A stretch of 64,000 bases of DNA from Heterodontus francisci (Eukaryota), in NCBI RefSeq assembly GCF_036365525.1, contig NC_090399.1:46284430-46348429 (forward strand), written 5' to 3'. The position numbers and the translations under genes are program-made. Positions 27,501-41,800 of this stretch are shown here, in pieces. Position 1 is the first letter of the stretch. Each line of letters begins with the position of its first letter. The notes below the pieces were generated by a model, which was not told where the DNA came from, did not search any database, and saw nothing but the letters and a program-made list of their open reading frames with translations.

Positions 27501-29700
27501 ATAGGGGAAACAGTGTCATAGGGGAAACAGAAAGAAATCGGGGAAACAGAGAGACACAGGGGAAAGAGAGAGAAATAGGGGTAACAGAGAGAAATAGAGG
27601 AAAGAGAGTAACAGGGGAAACAGAAAGAAACAGGGGAACCAGAGAGACACAGGGGAAACAGAGAGAAATAGGGGAAACAGAGAGACACAGGGGAAACAGA
27701 GAGAAATAGGGGAAACAGAGAGAAATCAGGGAAACAGAGATATACAGGAGGAAAGAGAGAGAAATAGGGGAAACAGAGAGACACAAGGGAAAGAGAGAGA
27801 AATAGGGGAAACAGAGAGACACAGGGGAAACAGAGAAACACAGGGGAAACAGTGTCACAGGGGAAACAGAAAGAAACAGCGGAAACAGAGAGACACAGGG
27901 GAAACAAAGAAACACAGGGCAAAGAGAGAGACACAGGGGAAAGGGAGAGATGCAGGGTAAAGAGAGAGATGCAGGGGAAAGAGAGAGACACAGGGGAAAG
28001 AGAGAGACACAGGTGAAACAGAGAGAAATGGGGGAAAGTGAGAGAAATAGGGGAAACAGAGTCACAGTAGAAACTGAGAGAAATAGGGGACAGAGAGAGT
28101 CACAGGGGAAAGAGAGAGACGCAGGTGAAAGAGAGAGAAATAAGGGACAGAGAGAGAAATAGGGGAAACAGAGTCACAGTGGAAACAGAGAGAAATAGCG
28201 GAAAGATAGAGACACAGGAAAAAGAGAGAGAAATAGAGGACAGAGAGAGACACAGGGGAAAGAGAGAGACGCAGGTGAAACAGAGAGAAATAGGGGAAAC
28301 AGAGTCACAGTGGAAACAGAGAGAAATAGCTGAAAGATAGAGACACAGGGGCAAGAGAGAGAAATAGGGGAAAGAGAGAGACACAGGGGAAAGATAGAGA
28401 CACAGGGGAAACAGAGAGAAATAGGGGAAAGAGAGGGACACAGGGGAAAGAGAGAGAAATAGGGGACAGAGAGAGAAATAGGGGAAACAGAGTCACAGGG
28501 GAAACAGAGAGAAATAGCGGAAAGAGAGAGACACAGGGGATACAGTGAGAAATAGGGGAAAGAGAGAGACACAGGGGAAACAGAGAGAAAAATAGGGGAA
28601 AGAGAGGGACACAGGGGATGCAGTGAGAAATAGTGGAAAGATAGAGACACAGGGGAAACAGAGAGAAATAGGGGAAAGAGAGAGACACAGGGGAAAGAGA
28701 GAGACACAGGGGAAAGAGAGACAAATAGGGGAAAGAGAGGGACACAGTGGAAACAGAGAGAAATTGCGGAAAGATAGAGACACAGGGGAAAGAGAGAGAA
28801 ATAGGGGAAAGAGAGAGACACAGGGGAAAGATAGAGACACAGGTGAAACAGAGAGACATAGGGGAAAGAGAGAGACACAGGGGAAAGAGAGAGACACAGG
28901 GAAAGAGAGAGACACAGGGGAAAGAGAGAGAAATAGGGGATACAGAGATTCACAGGGCAAACAGGGAGAAATAAGGGAAAGAGAGAAACACAGCGGAAAG
29001 AGAGATAAATAGCGGAAACGGAGAGTCACAGGGGAAAGAGAGAGAAATAGGGTAAACAAAGAGTCACAGGGGAAACAGAGAGAAATAGGGGAAACAGTGT
29101 CATAGGGGAAACAGAAAGAAATCGGGGAAACAGAGAGAAATAGGGGGAACAGAGTCACAGGGGAAACAGAGATAAATAGGAGAAACAGAGAGACTCAGGG
29201 GAAACAGAGCGAAATAGGGGAAACAGAGAGACACAGGGGAAAGAGAGAGAAATCGGGGAAACAGAGAGACACAGGGGAAAGAGAGAGAAATAGGGGAAAC
29301 AGAGAGACTCAGGGGAAACAGAGCGAAATAGGGGAAACAGAGAGACACAGGGGAAAGAGAGAGAAATCGGGGAAACAGAGAGACACAGGGGAAAGAGAGA
29401 GAAATAGGGGTAACAGAGAGAAATAGAGGAAAGAGAGTAACAGGGGAAACAGAAAGAAACAGGGGAACCAGAGAGACACAGGGGAAACAGAGAGAAATAG
29501 GGGAAACAGAGAGACACAGGGGAAACAGAGAGAAATCGGGGAAACAGAGAGAAATCAGGGAAACAGATATACAGGAGGAAAGAGAGAGAAATAGGGGAAA
29601 CAGAGAGACACAGGGGAAACAGAGAGAAATAGGGGAAACAGAGAGAAATCGGGGAAACAGAGATATACAGGGGAAATACAGATAAACAGGGGAAACAGAG
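540..29700. repeat. Higher-order repeat domain, ~0.94-1.9 kb units (most ~1.5 kb), about 20 near-identical copies
   Basis: The diagnostic variant GAGATGCAGGGTAAAG and the matching ORF-track start 'MTLFPLFLSLSPISLCFTCV' recur at 1028, 2889, 3889, 4832, 6232, 7722, 8665, 9608, 11008, 12498, 13988, 15554, 17101, 18667, 20383, 21969, 23517, 26499 and 28065. The 585-aa pseudo-ORFs at 11117 and 12607 are identical (period 1490). Confidence 0.92.
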
Positions 29701-32700
29701 AGACACAGGGGAAACAGTGAGACTGAGGGGAAACAGAGAGAAAGAGGGGAAACAGAGAGAAATCGGGGAAACAGAGAGACACAGGGGAAACAGAGAGACA
29801 GAGGGGAAACAGAGAGACAGAGGGGAAACAGAGAGTCACAGGAGAAACAGGGAATCACAGGGGAAACAGACAGTCACAGGGGAAACAGAGAGACAAGGGG
29901 AAACAGAGAGACAGAGGGGAAACAGAGAGACACAGGAGAAACAGAGAATCACAGGGGAAACAGGGAGACACAGGGGAAACAGAAAGAAATTGGGGAAACA
30001 GAGAGTCACAGGGGAAACGGAGAGAAATAGGGAAACAGAGAGACACAGGGAAAACGGAGAGAAATTGGCAAAACAGAGAGACACAGGGGAAACGGAGAGA
30101 AATAGGGGAAACAGAAAGAAATCGGAGAAACAGAGAGACACAGGGGAAACACAGATAAACAGGGGAAACAGAGAGACACAAGGGAAAGAGAGAGAAATAG
30201 GGGAAACAGAGAGACACAGGGGAAACAGAGAAACACAGGGGAAACAGTGTCACAGGGGAAACAGAAAGAAACAGGGGAAACAGAGAGACACGGGGAAACA
30301 AAGAAACACAGGGCAAAGAGAGAGACACAGGGGAAAGGGAGAGATGCAGGGTAAAGAGAGAGACGCAGGGGAAAGAGAGAGACACAGGGGAAAGAGAGAG
30401 ACACAGATGAAACAGAGAGAAATGGTGGAAAGTGAGAGAAATAGGGGAAACAGAGTCACAGTAGAAACTGAGAGAAATAGGGGACAGAGAGAGACACAGG
30501 GGAAAGAGAGAGACGCAGTTGAAAGAGAGAGAAATAAGGGACAGAGAGAGAAATAGGGGAAACAGAGTCACAGTGGAAACAGAGAGAAATAGCGGAAAGA
30601 TAGAGGCACAGGAAAAAGAGAGAGAAATAGAGGACAGAGAGAGACACAGGGGAAAGAGAGAGACGCAGGTGAAACCGAGAGAAATAGGGGAAAGATAGAG
30701 ACACAGGGGAAAGATAGAGACACAGGGGAAACAGAGAGAAATAGGGGAATGAGAGGGACACAGGGGAAAGAGAGAGAAATAGGGGACAGAGAGAGAAATA
30801 GGGGAAACAGAGTCACAGGGGAAACAGAGAGAAATAGCGGAAAGAGAGAGACACAGGGGATACAGTGAGAAATAGGGGAAAGAGAGAGACACAGGGGAAA
30901 CAGAGAAAAATAGGGGAAAGAGAGGGACACAGGGGATGCAGTGAGAAATAGTGGAAAGATAGAGACACAGGGGAAACAGAGAGAAATAGGGGAAAGAGAG
31001 AGACACAGGGGAAAGAGAGAAAAATAGGGGAAAGAGAGGGACACAGTGGAAACAGAGAGAAATTGCGGAAAGATAGAGACACAGTGGAAAGATAGAGAAA
31101 TAGGGGAAAGAGAGAGACACAGGGGAAAGATAGAGACACAGGTGAAACAGAGAGACATAGGGGAAAGAGAGAGACACAGGGGAAAGAGAGAGACACAGGG
31201 GAAAAAGAGAGACACAGGGGAAAGAGAGAGAAATAGGAGAAACAGAGAGACTTGGGGGAAACAGAGCGAAATAGGGGAAACAGAGAGACACAGGGGAAAG
31301 AGAGAGAAATCGGGGAAACAGAGAGACACAGGGGAAAGAGAGAGAAATAGGGGTAACAGTGTCATAGGGGAAACAGAAAGAAATCGGGGAAACAGAGAGA
31401 AATAGGGGGAACAGAGTCACAGGGGAAACAGAGATAAACAGGAGAAACAGAGAGACACAGGGGAAAGAGAGAGAAATCGGGGAAACAGAGAGACACAGGG
31501 GAAAGAGAGAGAAATAGGGGTAACAGAGAGAAATAGAGGAAAGAGAGTAACAGGGGAAACAGAAAGAAACAGGGGAACCAGAGAGACACAGGGGAAACAG
31601 AGAGAAATAGGGGAAACAGAGAGACACAGGGGAAACAGAGAGAAATAGGGGAAACAGAGAGAAATCAGGGAAACAGAGATATACAGGAGGAAAGAGAGAG
31701 AAATAGGGGAAACAGAGAGACACAGGGGAAACAGAGAGAAATAGGGGAAACAGAGAGAAATCGGGGAAACAGAGATATACAGGGGAAATACAGATAAACA
31801 GGGGAAACAGAGAGACACAGGGGAAACAGTGAGACTGAGGGGAAACAGAGAGAAAGAGGGGAAACAGAGAGAAATCGGGGAAACAGAGAGACACAGGGGA
31901 AACAGAGAGACAGAGGGGAAACAGAGAGACAGAAGGGAAACAGAGAGACACAGGAGAAACAGGGAATCGCAGGGGAAACAGACAGTCACAGGGGAAACAG
32001 AGAGACAAGGGGAAACAGAGAGACAGAGGGGAAACAGAGAGACACAGGAGAAACAGAGAATCACAGGGGAAACAGGGAGACACAGGGGAAACAGAAAGAA
32101 ATTGGGGAAACAGAGAGTCACAGGGGAAACGGAGAGAAATAGGGAAACAGAGAGACACAGGGGAAACGGAGAGAAATTGGGGAAACAGAGAGACACAGGG
32201 GAAATGGAGAGAAATAGGGGAAACAGAGAGAAATCGGGGAAACAGAGAGACACAGGGGAAACACAGATAAACAGGGGAAACAGAGAGACACAAGGGAAAG
32301 AGAGAGAAATAGGGGAAACAGAGAGACACAGGGGACACAGAGAGACACCAGGAAAACACAGAGACACAGGGGAAAGAAAGAGACACAGGTGAAACAGAGA
32401 GAAATGGGGGAAAGAGAGGGACACAGGGGAAAGAGAGAGAAATAGGGGACAGAGAGAGAAATAGGGGAAACAGAGTCACAGGGGAAACAGTGAGAAATAG
32501 CGGAAATAGAGAGACACAGGGGATACAGTGAGAAATAGGGGAAAGAGAGAGACACAGGGGAAACAGAGAAAAATAGGGGAAAGAGAGGGACACAGGGGAT
32601 GCAGTGAGAAATAGTGGAAAGATAGAGACACAGGGGAAACAGAGAGAAATAGGGGAAAGAGAGAGACACAGGGGAAAGAGAGAAAAATAGGGGAAAGAGA

Positions 32701-34050
32701 GGGACACAGTGGAAACAGAGAGAAATTGCGGAAAGATAGAGACACAGTGGAAAGAGAGAGAAATAGGGGAAAGAGAGAGACACAGGGGAAAGATAGAGAC
32801 ACAGGTGAAACAGAGAGACATAGGGGAAAGAGAGAGACACAGGGGAAAGAGAGAGACACAGGGGAAAGAGAGAGACACAGGGGAAAGAGAGAGAAATAGG
32901 AGAAACAAAGAGACTCAGGGGAAACAGAGCGAAATAGGGGAAACAGAGAGACACAGGGGAAAGAGAGAGAAATCGGGGAAACAGAGAGACACAGGGGAAA
33001 GAGAGAGAAATAGGGGTAACAGTGTCATAGGGGAAACAGAAAGAAATCGGGGAAACAGAGAGAAATAGGGGGAACAGAGTCACAGGGGAAACAGAGATAA
33101 ACAGGAGAAACAGAGAGACACAGGGGAAAGAGAGAGAAATCGGGGAAACAGAGAGACACAGGGGAAAGAGAGAGAAATAGGGGTAACAGAGAGAAATAGA
33201 GGAAAGAGAGTAACAGGGGAAACAGAAAGAAACAGGGGAACCAGAGAGACACAGGGGAAACAGGGAGAAATAGGGGAAACAGAGAGACACAGGGGAAACA
33301 GAGAGAAATAGGGGAAACAGAGAGAAATCAGGGAAACAGAGATATACAGGAGGAAAGAGAGAGAAATAGGGGAAACAGAGAGACACAGGGGAAACAGAGA
33401 GAAATAGGGGAAACAGAGAGAAATCGGGGAAACAGAGATATACAGGGGAAATACAGATAAACAGGGGAAACAGAGAGACACAGGGAAAACAGTGAGACTG
33501 AGGGGAAACAGAGAGAAAGAGGGGAAACAGAGAGAAATCGGGGAAACAGAGAGACACAGGGGAAACAGAGAGACAGAGGGGAAACAGAGAGACAGAGGGG
33601 AAACAGAGAGACACAGGAGAAACAGGGAATCACAGGGGAAACAGACAGTCACAGGGGAAACAGAGAGACAAGGGGAAACAGAGAGACAGAGGGGAAACAG
33701 AGAGACACAGGAGAAACAGAGAATCACAGGGGAAACAGGGAGACACAGGGGAAATAGAAAGAAATTGGGGAAACAGAGAGTCACGGGGAAACGGAGAGAA
33801 ATAGGGAAACAGAGAGACACAGGGGAAACGGAGAGAAATTGGGGAAACAGAGAGACACAGGGGAAATGGAGAGAAATAGGGGAAACAGAGAGAAATCGGG
33901 GAAACAGAGAGACACAGGGGAAACACAGATAAACAGGGGAAACAGAGAGACACAAGGGAAAGAGAGAGAAATAGGGGAAACAGAGAGACACAGGGGACAC
34001 AGAGAGACACCAGGAAAACACAGAGACACAGGGGAAAGAGAGAGACACAG
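29700..34050. repeat. Higher-order repeat domain with ~2112 and 1663 bp periods
   Basis: Pseudo-ORF 'MRLRGNREKEGKQ' recurs at 29717, 31829 and 33492. Pairs 31046/32709 and 31362/33025 are offset by 1663. Boundaries are approximate. Confidence 0.85.
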
Positions 34051-35849
34051 GTGAAACAGAGAGAAATGGGGGAAACAAAATCACAGGGGAAACAGAGAGA
34101 AATAGGGGAAAGAGAGAGACAAAGGGGAAAGAGAGAGAAATCAGGGACAGAGAGAGAAATAGGGCAAACAGAGTCACAGGGGAAACAGAGAGAAATAGCG
34201 GAAAGAGAGGGACACAGGGGAAACAGAGAGAAATAGGGGAAGGAGAGAGACACAGGGGAAAGAGAGAAAATTAAGGGAAAGAGAGAAAATTAAGGGAAAG
34301 AGAGGGACACAGGGGAAAGAGAGAGAAATAGGGGTAACAGAGAGAAATAGGGGAAAGAGAGTCACAGGGGAAACAGAGAGAAATAGCGGAAAGTGAGGGA
34401 CACAGGGGAAACAGAGAGAAATAGGGGAAAGAGAGAGACACAGGGGAAAAAGAAAAAATTAAGGGAAAGAGAGAAAATTAAGGGAAAGAGAGGGACACAG
34501 GGGAAAGAGAGAGAAATAGGGGTGACAGAGAGAAATAGGGGAAAGAGAGTCACAGGGGAAACAGAAAGTAACTGGGGAAACAGAGAGACACAGGGGAAAC
34601 AGAGAGAAATAGGGGAAACAGAGAGACACAGGGGAAACAGAGAGAAATAGGGGAAACAGAGAGAAATCAGGGAAACAGAGACACACAGGGAAAACAGAGA
34701 AAAATAGGGGAAACAGAGTCACAGGGGAAACAGAAAGAAACAGGGGAAACAAAGAGACACGGGGAAACAGAGAGACACAGGGGAAAGGGAGAGACGCAGG
34801 GGAAAGGGAGAGACGCAGGGGAAAGAAAGAGACACAGGGGAAAGAGAGAGACACAGGTGAAACAGAGAGAAATGGTGGAAAGAGAGAGAAATAGGGGAAA
34901 CAGAGTCACAGTAGAAACTGAGAGAAATAGGGGAAAGAGAGTGACACAGGTGAAAGAGAAAGAAATAAGGGACAGAGAGAGAAATAGGGGAAACAGAGTC
35001 ACAGGGGAAACAGAGAGAAATCGGGGAAACAGAGATATACAGGGGAAACACGGATAAACATGGGAAATGGAGAGACACAGGGGAAACGGAGAGAAATAGG
35101 GGAAACAGAGAGACACAGGGGAAACAGAGAGAAATAGGGGAAACAGAGAGCAATAGGGAAAACAGAGAGACACAGGGGAAACAGAGAGACACAGGGGAAA
35201 CAGAGAGCCACAGGGGAAAGAGAGAGAAATCGGGGAAACAGAGAGACACAGGGGAAAGAGAGAAAATTAAGGGAAAGAGAGAAAATTAAGGGAACGAGAG
35301 GGACACAGGGGAAAGAGAGAGAAATAGGGGAGCGAGAGAGACACAGGGGAAAGAGAGAGAAATAGGCGAAACAGAGTCACAGGGGAAACAGAGAGAAATA
35401 GCAGAAAGAGAGAGACATGGGGAAACAAAGAGAAATAGGGGAAAGAGAGAGACACAGCGGAAAGAGAGAAAATTAAGGGAAAGAGAGAAAATTAAGGGAA
35501 AGTGTGGGACACAGGGGAAAGAGAGAGAAATAGGGGAACGAGAAAGACACAGGGGAAAGAGAGAGAAATAGGGGAAACAGAAAGTCACAAGGAATCAGAG
35601 AGAAGTCGGGGAAACAAAAAGACACAGGCGGAACACAGAGAAATAGGGGAAACAGAGAGACACAGGTGAAACACAGATAAACAGGGGAAACAAAGAGACA
35701 CAGGAGAAACGGAGAGAAATGGGGTAAACAGAGAGACACAGGGGAAACAGAGAGACACAGGGGTAACAGAGAGTTAAAGGGGAAACAGAGAGACACGGGA
35801 GAAACAGAGAGACACAGGGGAAAGAGAGAAAGGCAGGGGAAATACAGAA

Positions 35850-38800
35850 TCACAGGGGAAACAGAGTGTCCAAGAGGAAACAGCGAGTCATGGGGTTATG
35901 GAGAGAAACAGGGGAACAGAGAGGCACAGGGGAAACAGAGAGAATCACAGGGGAAACAGAGAGAATCACAGGGGAACAGAGAGAATCACAGGGGAAACAG
36001 AGAAGCACAGGGGAAACACAGAGAATCACAGGGGAAACAGAGAGAATCACAGGGGAAACAGAGAGAATCACAGGGGAACAGAGAGAATCACAGGGGAACA
36101 GAGAGACACAGGGGAAACAGACAGTCACAGGGGAAACACAGAGACACTTGGGAAACAGAGAAAAACAGGGGAAACAGAGAGACACAGGCGAGACGTGGAG
36201 ACACAGGGGAAACAGAGAGACACAGGGGAAACAGAGAGACACAGGGGAAACAGGGAGACACAGGAGAAACGCAGGGGAAACAGAGAGACACAGGGGAAAC
36301 AGAGAGTCACAGGGGAAACAGACAGTCACAGGGGATAAAGCGAGACAGAGAGATGGAGGGGAAACAGAGAGACACAGCGGAAACAGAGAGACACAGGGGA
36401 AAGAGAGAAACACTGGGGAAGGAGAGAGACCCTGGGGAAGGAGAGAGACACTGGGGAAAGAGAGAGTCACAAGGGAAACAGAGAGACACAGGTGAAATAG
36501 AGAGACACAGGAGAAACTCAGGGGAAACAGAGAAACACAGGGAAACAGAGAAACACAGGGCAACAGGGAGACACAGGGGAAACATAGAAAAACAGGGGAA
36601 ACAGAGAGTTGCAGGGGAAACAGAGAGTCGCAGGGGAAACAGAGAGTCGCAGGGGAAATTGGCAGATACAGGCGAAACAGAGAGACACAGGCAAAACCAA
36701 GAGACACCAACGAAACCGAGAGACACAGGGGAAGCAGAGAAAAACAGGGGAAACAGAGAGACACAGGCTAAACCGGGAGACACAGGCGAAACCAAGAGGC
36801 ACAAACGAAACCGAGAGACACAGGGGAAGCAGAGAAAAACAGGGGAAACAGAGAGACACATGTGAAGCAGAGAGACACAGGTGAAACAGAGTCATAGGGA
36901 AACAGAGAGACAAGGGGAAAGAGAGAAACACAGGGGAAGGAGAGAAACACAGGGGAAAGAGAGAGAAACAAGGGAAGCAGAGAGATACAGGGGAAGGATA
37001 GAGTCACAGCGGAAGGAGAGAAACACAGAGGAAGGAGAGAAACACAGGGGAAACAGAGAGACACAGGGGAAACAGAGAAACAAGCAGAAACGGAGAGACA
37101 CAGGGGAAAGAGAGAGACACAGGGGATACAGAGAGACACAGGGGAAACAGAGAGACACAGGGGAAAGCGAGAGAAATAGGGGAAACAGAGAGACACAGGG
37201 GAAACAGAGAGAAATGGGGGAAAGAGAGAGACACAGGGGAAAGAGAGGGACACAGGGGAAAGAGAGAGAAATCGGGGAACGAGAGAGACACAGGGGAAAG
37301 AGAGAGAAATAGGGGTAACAGAGAGAAATAGGGGAAAGAGAGTAACAGGGGAAACAGAAAGAAACAGGGGAAACAGAGAGACACAGGGGAAACAGAGAGA
37401 AATAGGGGAAACAGAGAGACACGGGGAAACAGAGAGAAATTGGGGAAACAGAGAGAAATAGGGGAAACAGAGAGACACAGGGGAAAGAGAGAGACACAGG
37501 GGAAACAGAGAGACACAGGGGAAAGAGAGAGAAATGGGGGAAACAGAGTCACAGGGGAAGCAGAGAGAAATAGGGGAAACAGAGTCACAGGGGAAACAGA
37601 GAGAAATAGGGAAAAGAGAGAGACACAGGGGAAAGAGGGAGAAATAAGGGAAACAGAGTCACAGGGGAAACAGGGGAAACGCAGAGACACAGGGGAAAGA
37701 GAGAGATATAGGTGAAACAGAGAGAAATGGGGGAAACAGAGTCACAGGGGAAACAGAGAGAAATAGGGGAAAAAGAGAGACACAGGGCAAAGAGAGAGAA
37801 ATAAGGGACAGAGAGAGAAATAGGGCAAACAGGGTCATGGGGAAACAGAGAGAAATAGTGGAAAGAGAGAGACACAGGGGAAAGAGAGAAAATTAAGGGA
37901 AAGAGAGAAAATTAGGGGAAAGAGAGGGACACAGGGGAAAGAGAGAGAAATCGGGGAACGAGAGAGACAGAGGGGAAAGAGAGAGAAATAGGGGTAACAG
38001 AGAGAAATAGGGGAAAGAGAGACACAGGGGAAACAGAGAGAAACAGGGGAAACGCAGAGACACAGGGGAAAGAGAGAGACACAGGTAAAACAGAGAGAAA
38101 TGGGGGAAAGAGAGAGAAATAAGGGAAACAGAGTCACAGTAGAAACTGAGAGAAATAGGGGAAAGAGAGAGACACAGGGGAAAGAGAGAGACACAGGTGA
38201 AACAGAGAGAAATGGGGGAAAGAGAGAGAAATAGGGGAAACAGAGTCACAGGGAAAACTGAGAGAAATAGCGAAAAGATAGAGACACAGGGGAAAGAGAG
38301 AGAAATTGGGGAAAGAGAGAGACACAGGGGAAAAAGAGAAAAATAGGGGAAAGAGAGGGACACAGGGGAAAGAGAGAAATAGGGGAAAGAGAGAGACACA
38401 GGGGATACAGAGAGTCACAGGGGAAACAGGGAGACACCGAAGAAACAGAGAGTCACAGGGGAAACAGAGAGACACAGGTGAAACAGAAAGAAATTGAGGA
38501 AACAGAGAAAATAGCGGAAACAGAGAGAAATCGGGGAAACAGAGACATACAGGGGAAAGAGAGAGAAATAGGGGAAACAGAGAGAAATCGGGGAAACAGA
38601 GATATACAGGGGAAAGAGAGAGAAATAGGGGAAACAGAGATATACAGGGGAAAGAGAGAGAAATAGGGGAAACAGAGAGACACAGGGGAAACGGAGAGAA
38701 ATAGGGGAAACAGAGAGACACAGAAGAAACGGAGAGAAATAGGGGAAACAGAGAGACACAGGGGAAAGAGAGAGAAATAGGGGAAATAGAGAGACACAGG

Positions 38801-41800
38801 GGAAACAGAGAGACACAGGGGAAAGCGAGAGAAATAGGGGAAACAGAGAGACACAGGGGAAACAGAGAGAAATGGGGGAAAGAGAGAGACACAGGGGAAA
38901 CAGAGAAACAAGCAGAAACGGAGAGACACAGGGGAAAGAGAGAGACACAGGGGATACAGAGAGACACAGGGGAAACAGAGAGACACAGGGGAAAGCGAGA
39001 GAAATAGGGGAAACAGAGAGACACAGGGGAAACAGAGAGAAATGGGGGAAAGAGAGAGACACAGGGGAAAGAGAGGGACACAGGGGAAAGAGAGAGAAAT
39101 CGGGGAACGAGAGAGACACAGGGGAAAGAGAGAGAAATAGGGGTAACAGAGAGAAATAGGGGAAAGAGAGTAACAGGGGAAACAGAAAGAAACAGGGGAA
39201 ACAGAGAGACACAGGGGAAACAGAGAGAAATAGGGGAAACAGAGAGACACGGGGAAACAGAGAGAAATTGGGGAAACAGAGAGAAATAGGGGAAACAGAG
39301 AGACACAGGGGAAAGAGAGAGACACAGGGGAAACAGAGAGACACAGGGGAAAGAGAGAGAAATGGGGGAAACAGAGTCACAGGGGAAGCAGAGAGAAATA
39401 GGGGAAACAGAGTCACAGGGGAAACAGAGAGAAATAGGGAAAAGAGAGAGACACAGGGGAAAGAGGGAGAAATAAGGGAAACAGAGTCACAGGGGAAACA
39501 GGGGAAACGCAGAGACACAGGGGAAAGAGAGAGATATAGGTGAAACAGAGAGAAATGGGGGAAACAGAGTCACAGGGGAAACAGAGAGAAATAGGGGAAA
39601 AAGAGAGACACAGGGCAAAGAGAGAGAAATAAGGGACAGAGAGAGAAATAGGGCAAACAGGGTCATGGGGAAACAGAGAGAAATAGTGGAAAGAGAGAGA
39701 CACAGGGGAAAGAGAGAAAATTAAGGGAAAGTGAGAAAATTAGGGGAAAGAGAGGGACACAGGGGAAAGAGAGAGAAATCGGGGAACGAGAGAGACAGAG
39801 GGGAAAGAGAGAGAAATAGGGGTAACAGAGAGAAATAGGGGAAAGAGAGACACAGGGGAAACAGAGAGAAACAGGGGAAACGCAGAGACACAGGGGAAAG
39901 AGAGAGACACAGGTAAAACAGAGAGAAATGGGGGAAAGAGAGAGAAATAAGGGAAACAGAGTCACAGTAGAAACTGAGAGAAATAGGGGAAAGAGAGAGA
40001 CACAGGGGAAAGAGAGAGACACAGGTGAAACAGAGAGAAATGGGGGAAAGAGAGAGAAATAGGGGAAACAGAGTCACAGGGAAAACTGAGAGAAATAGCG
40101 AAAAGATAGAGACACAGGGGAAAGAGAGAGAAATTGGGGAAAGAGAGAGACACAGGGGAAAAAGAGAAAAATAGGGGAAAGAGAGGGACACAGGGGAAAG
40201 AGAGAAATAGGGGAAAGAGAGAGACACAGGGGATACAGAGAGTCACAGGGGAAACAGGGAGACACCGAAGAAACAGAGAGTCACAGGGGAAACAGAGAGA
40301 CACAGGTGAAACAGAAAGAAATTGAGGAAACAGAGAAAATAGCGGAAACAGAGAGAAATCGGGGAAACAGAGACATACAGGGGAAAGAGAGAGAAATAGG
40401 GGAAACAGAGAGAAATCGGGGAAACAGAGATATACAGGGGAAAGAGAGAGAAATAGGGGAAACAGAGATATACAGGGGAAAGAGAGAGAAATAGGGGAAA
40501 CAGAGAGACACAGGGGAAACGGAGAGAAATAGGGGAAACAGAGAGACACAGAAGAAACGGAGAGAAATAGGGGAAACAGAGAGACACAGGGGAAAGAGAG
40601 AGAAATAGGGGAAATAGAGAGACACAGGGGACAGAGAGAGACACCGGGGAAATGCAGAGACACAGGGGAAGGAGAGAGACACAGGTGAAACAGAGAGAAA
40701 TGGGGGAAACAGAGACACGGGGGAAACAGAGACACAGGGGAAACAGAGAGAAATAGGGGAAAGAGAGAGACACAGGGGACAGAGAGAGAAATAGGGGAAA
40801 CAGAGTCACAGGGGAAACAGAGAGAAACAGGGGAAACGCAGAGATACAGGGGAAAGAGAGAGACACAGGTGAAACAGAGAGAAATGGGGGTAACAGAGAC
40901 ACAGGGGAAAGAGAGAGAAATAAGCGACAGAGAGAGAAATAGGGCAAACAGAGTCACAGGGGAAACAGAGAGAAATAGCAAAAAGAGAGAGACACAGGGG
41001 AAACAGTGAGAAATAGGGGAAAGAGAGTGACACAGCGGAAAGAGAGAAAATTAAGGGAAAGAGAGAAAATTAAGGGAAAGAGAGAAAATTAAGGGGAAAC
41101 ACAGATAAACAGGGGAAACAAAGAGACACAGGAGAAATGGGGGAAACAGAGAGACACAGGGGAAACACAGAGAAATAGGGGAAACAGAGAGAAAAGGGGA
41201 AACAGAGAGACACAGGGGTAACAGAGAGTTAAAGGGGAAACAGAGAGACACAGGGGAAAGAGAGAAAGGCAGGGGAAATAGAGAATCACAGGGGAAACAG
41301 AGTGTCTAAGAGGAAACAGCGAGTCATGGGGTAATCGAGAGAAACAGGGGAACAGAGAGGCACAGGGGAAACAGAGAAGCACAGGGGAAACACAGAGACA
41401 CTTGGGAAACAGATAGTCACAGGGGAAACACAGAGACACTTGGGAAACAGAGAAAAACAGGGGAAACAGAGAGACACAGGGGAAACAGGGAGACACAGGC
41501 GAGACGTGGAGACACAGGGGAAATAGAGAGACACAGGGGAAACAGAGAGACACGGGGGAAACAGGGAGACACAGGTGAAATGCAGGGGAAACAGAGAGAC
41601 ACAGGGGAAACAGAGAGTCACAAGGGAAACAGACAGTCTCAGGGGAAACAGACAGTCTCAGGGGAAAGAGAGAAACACTGGGGAAGGAGAGAGACACTGG
41701 GGAAGGAGGGAGACACTGGGGAAAGAGAGAGTCACAAGGGAAACAGACAGACACAGGGGAAATAGAGAGACACAGGAGAAACACAGGGGAAACAGAGAGA

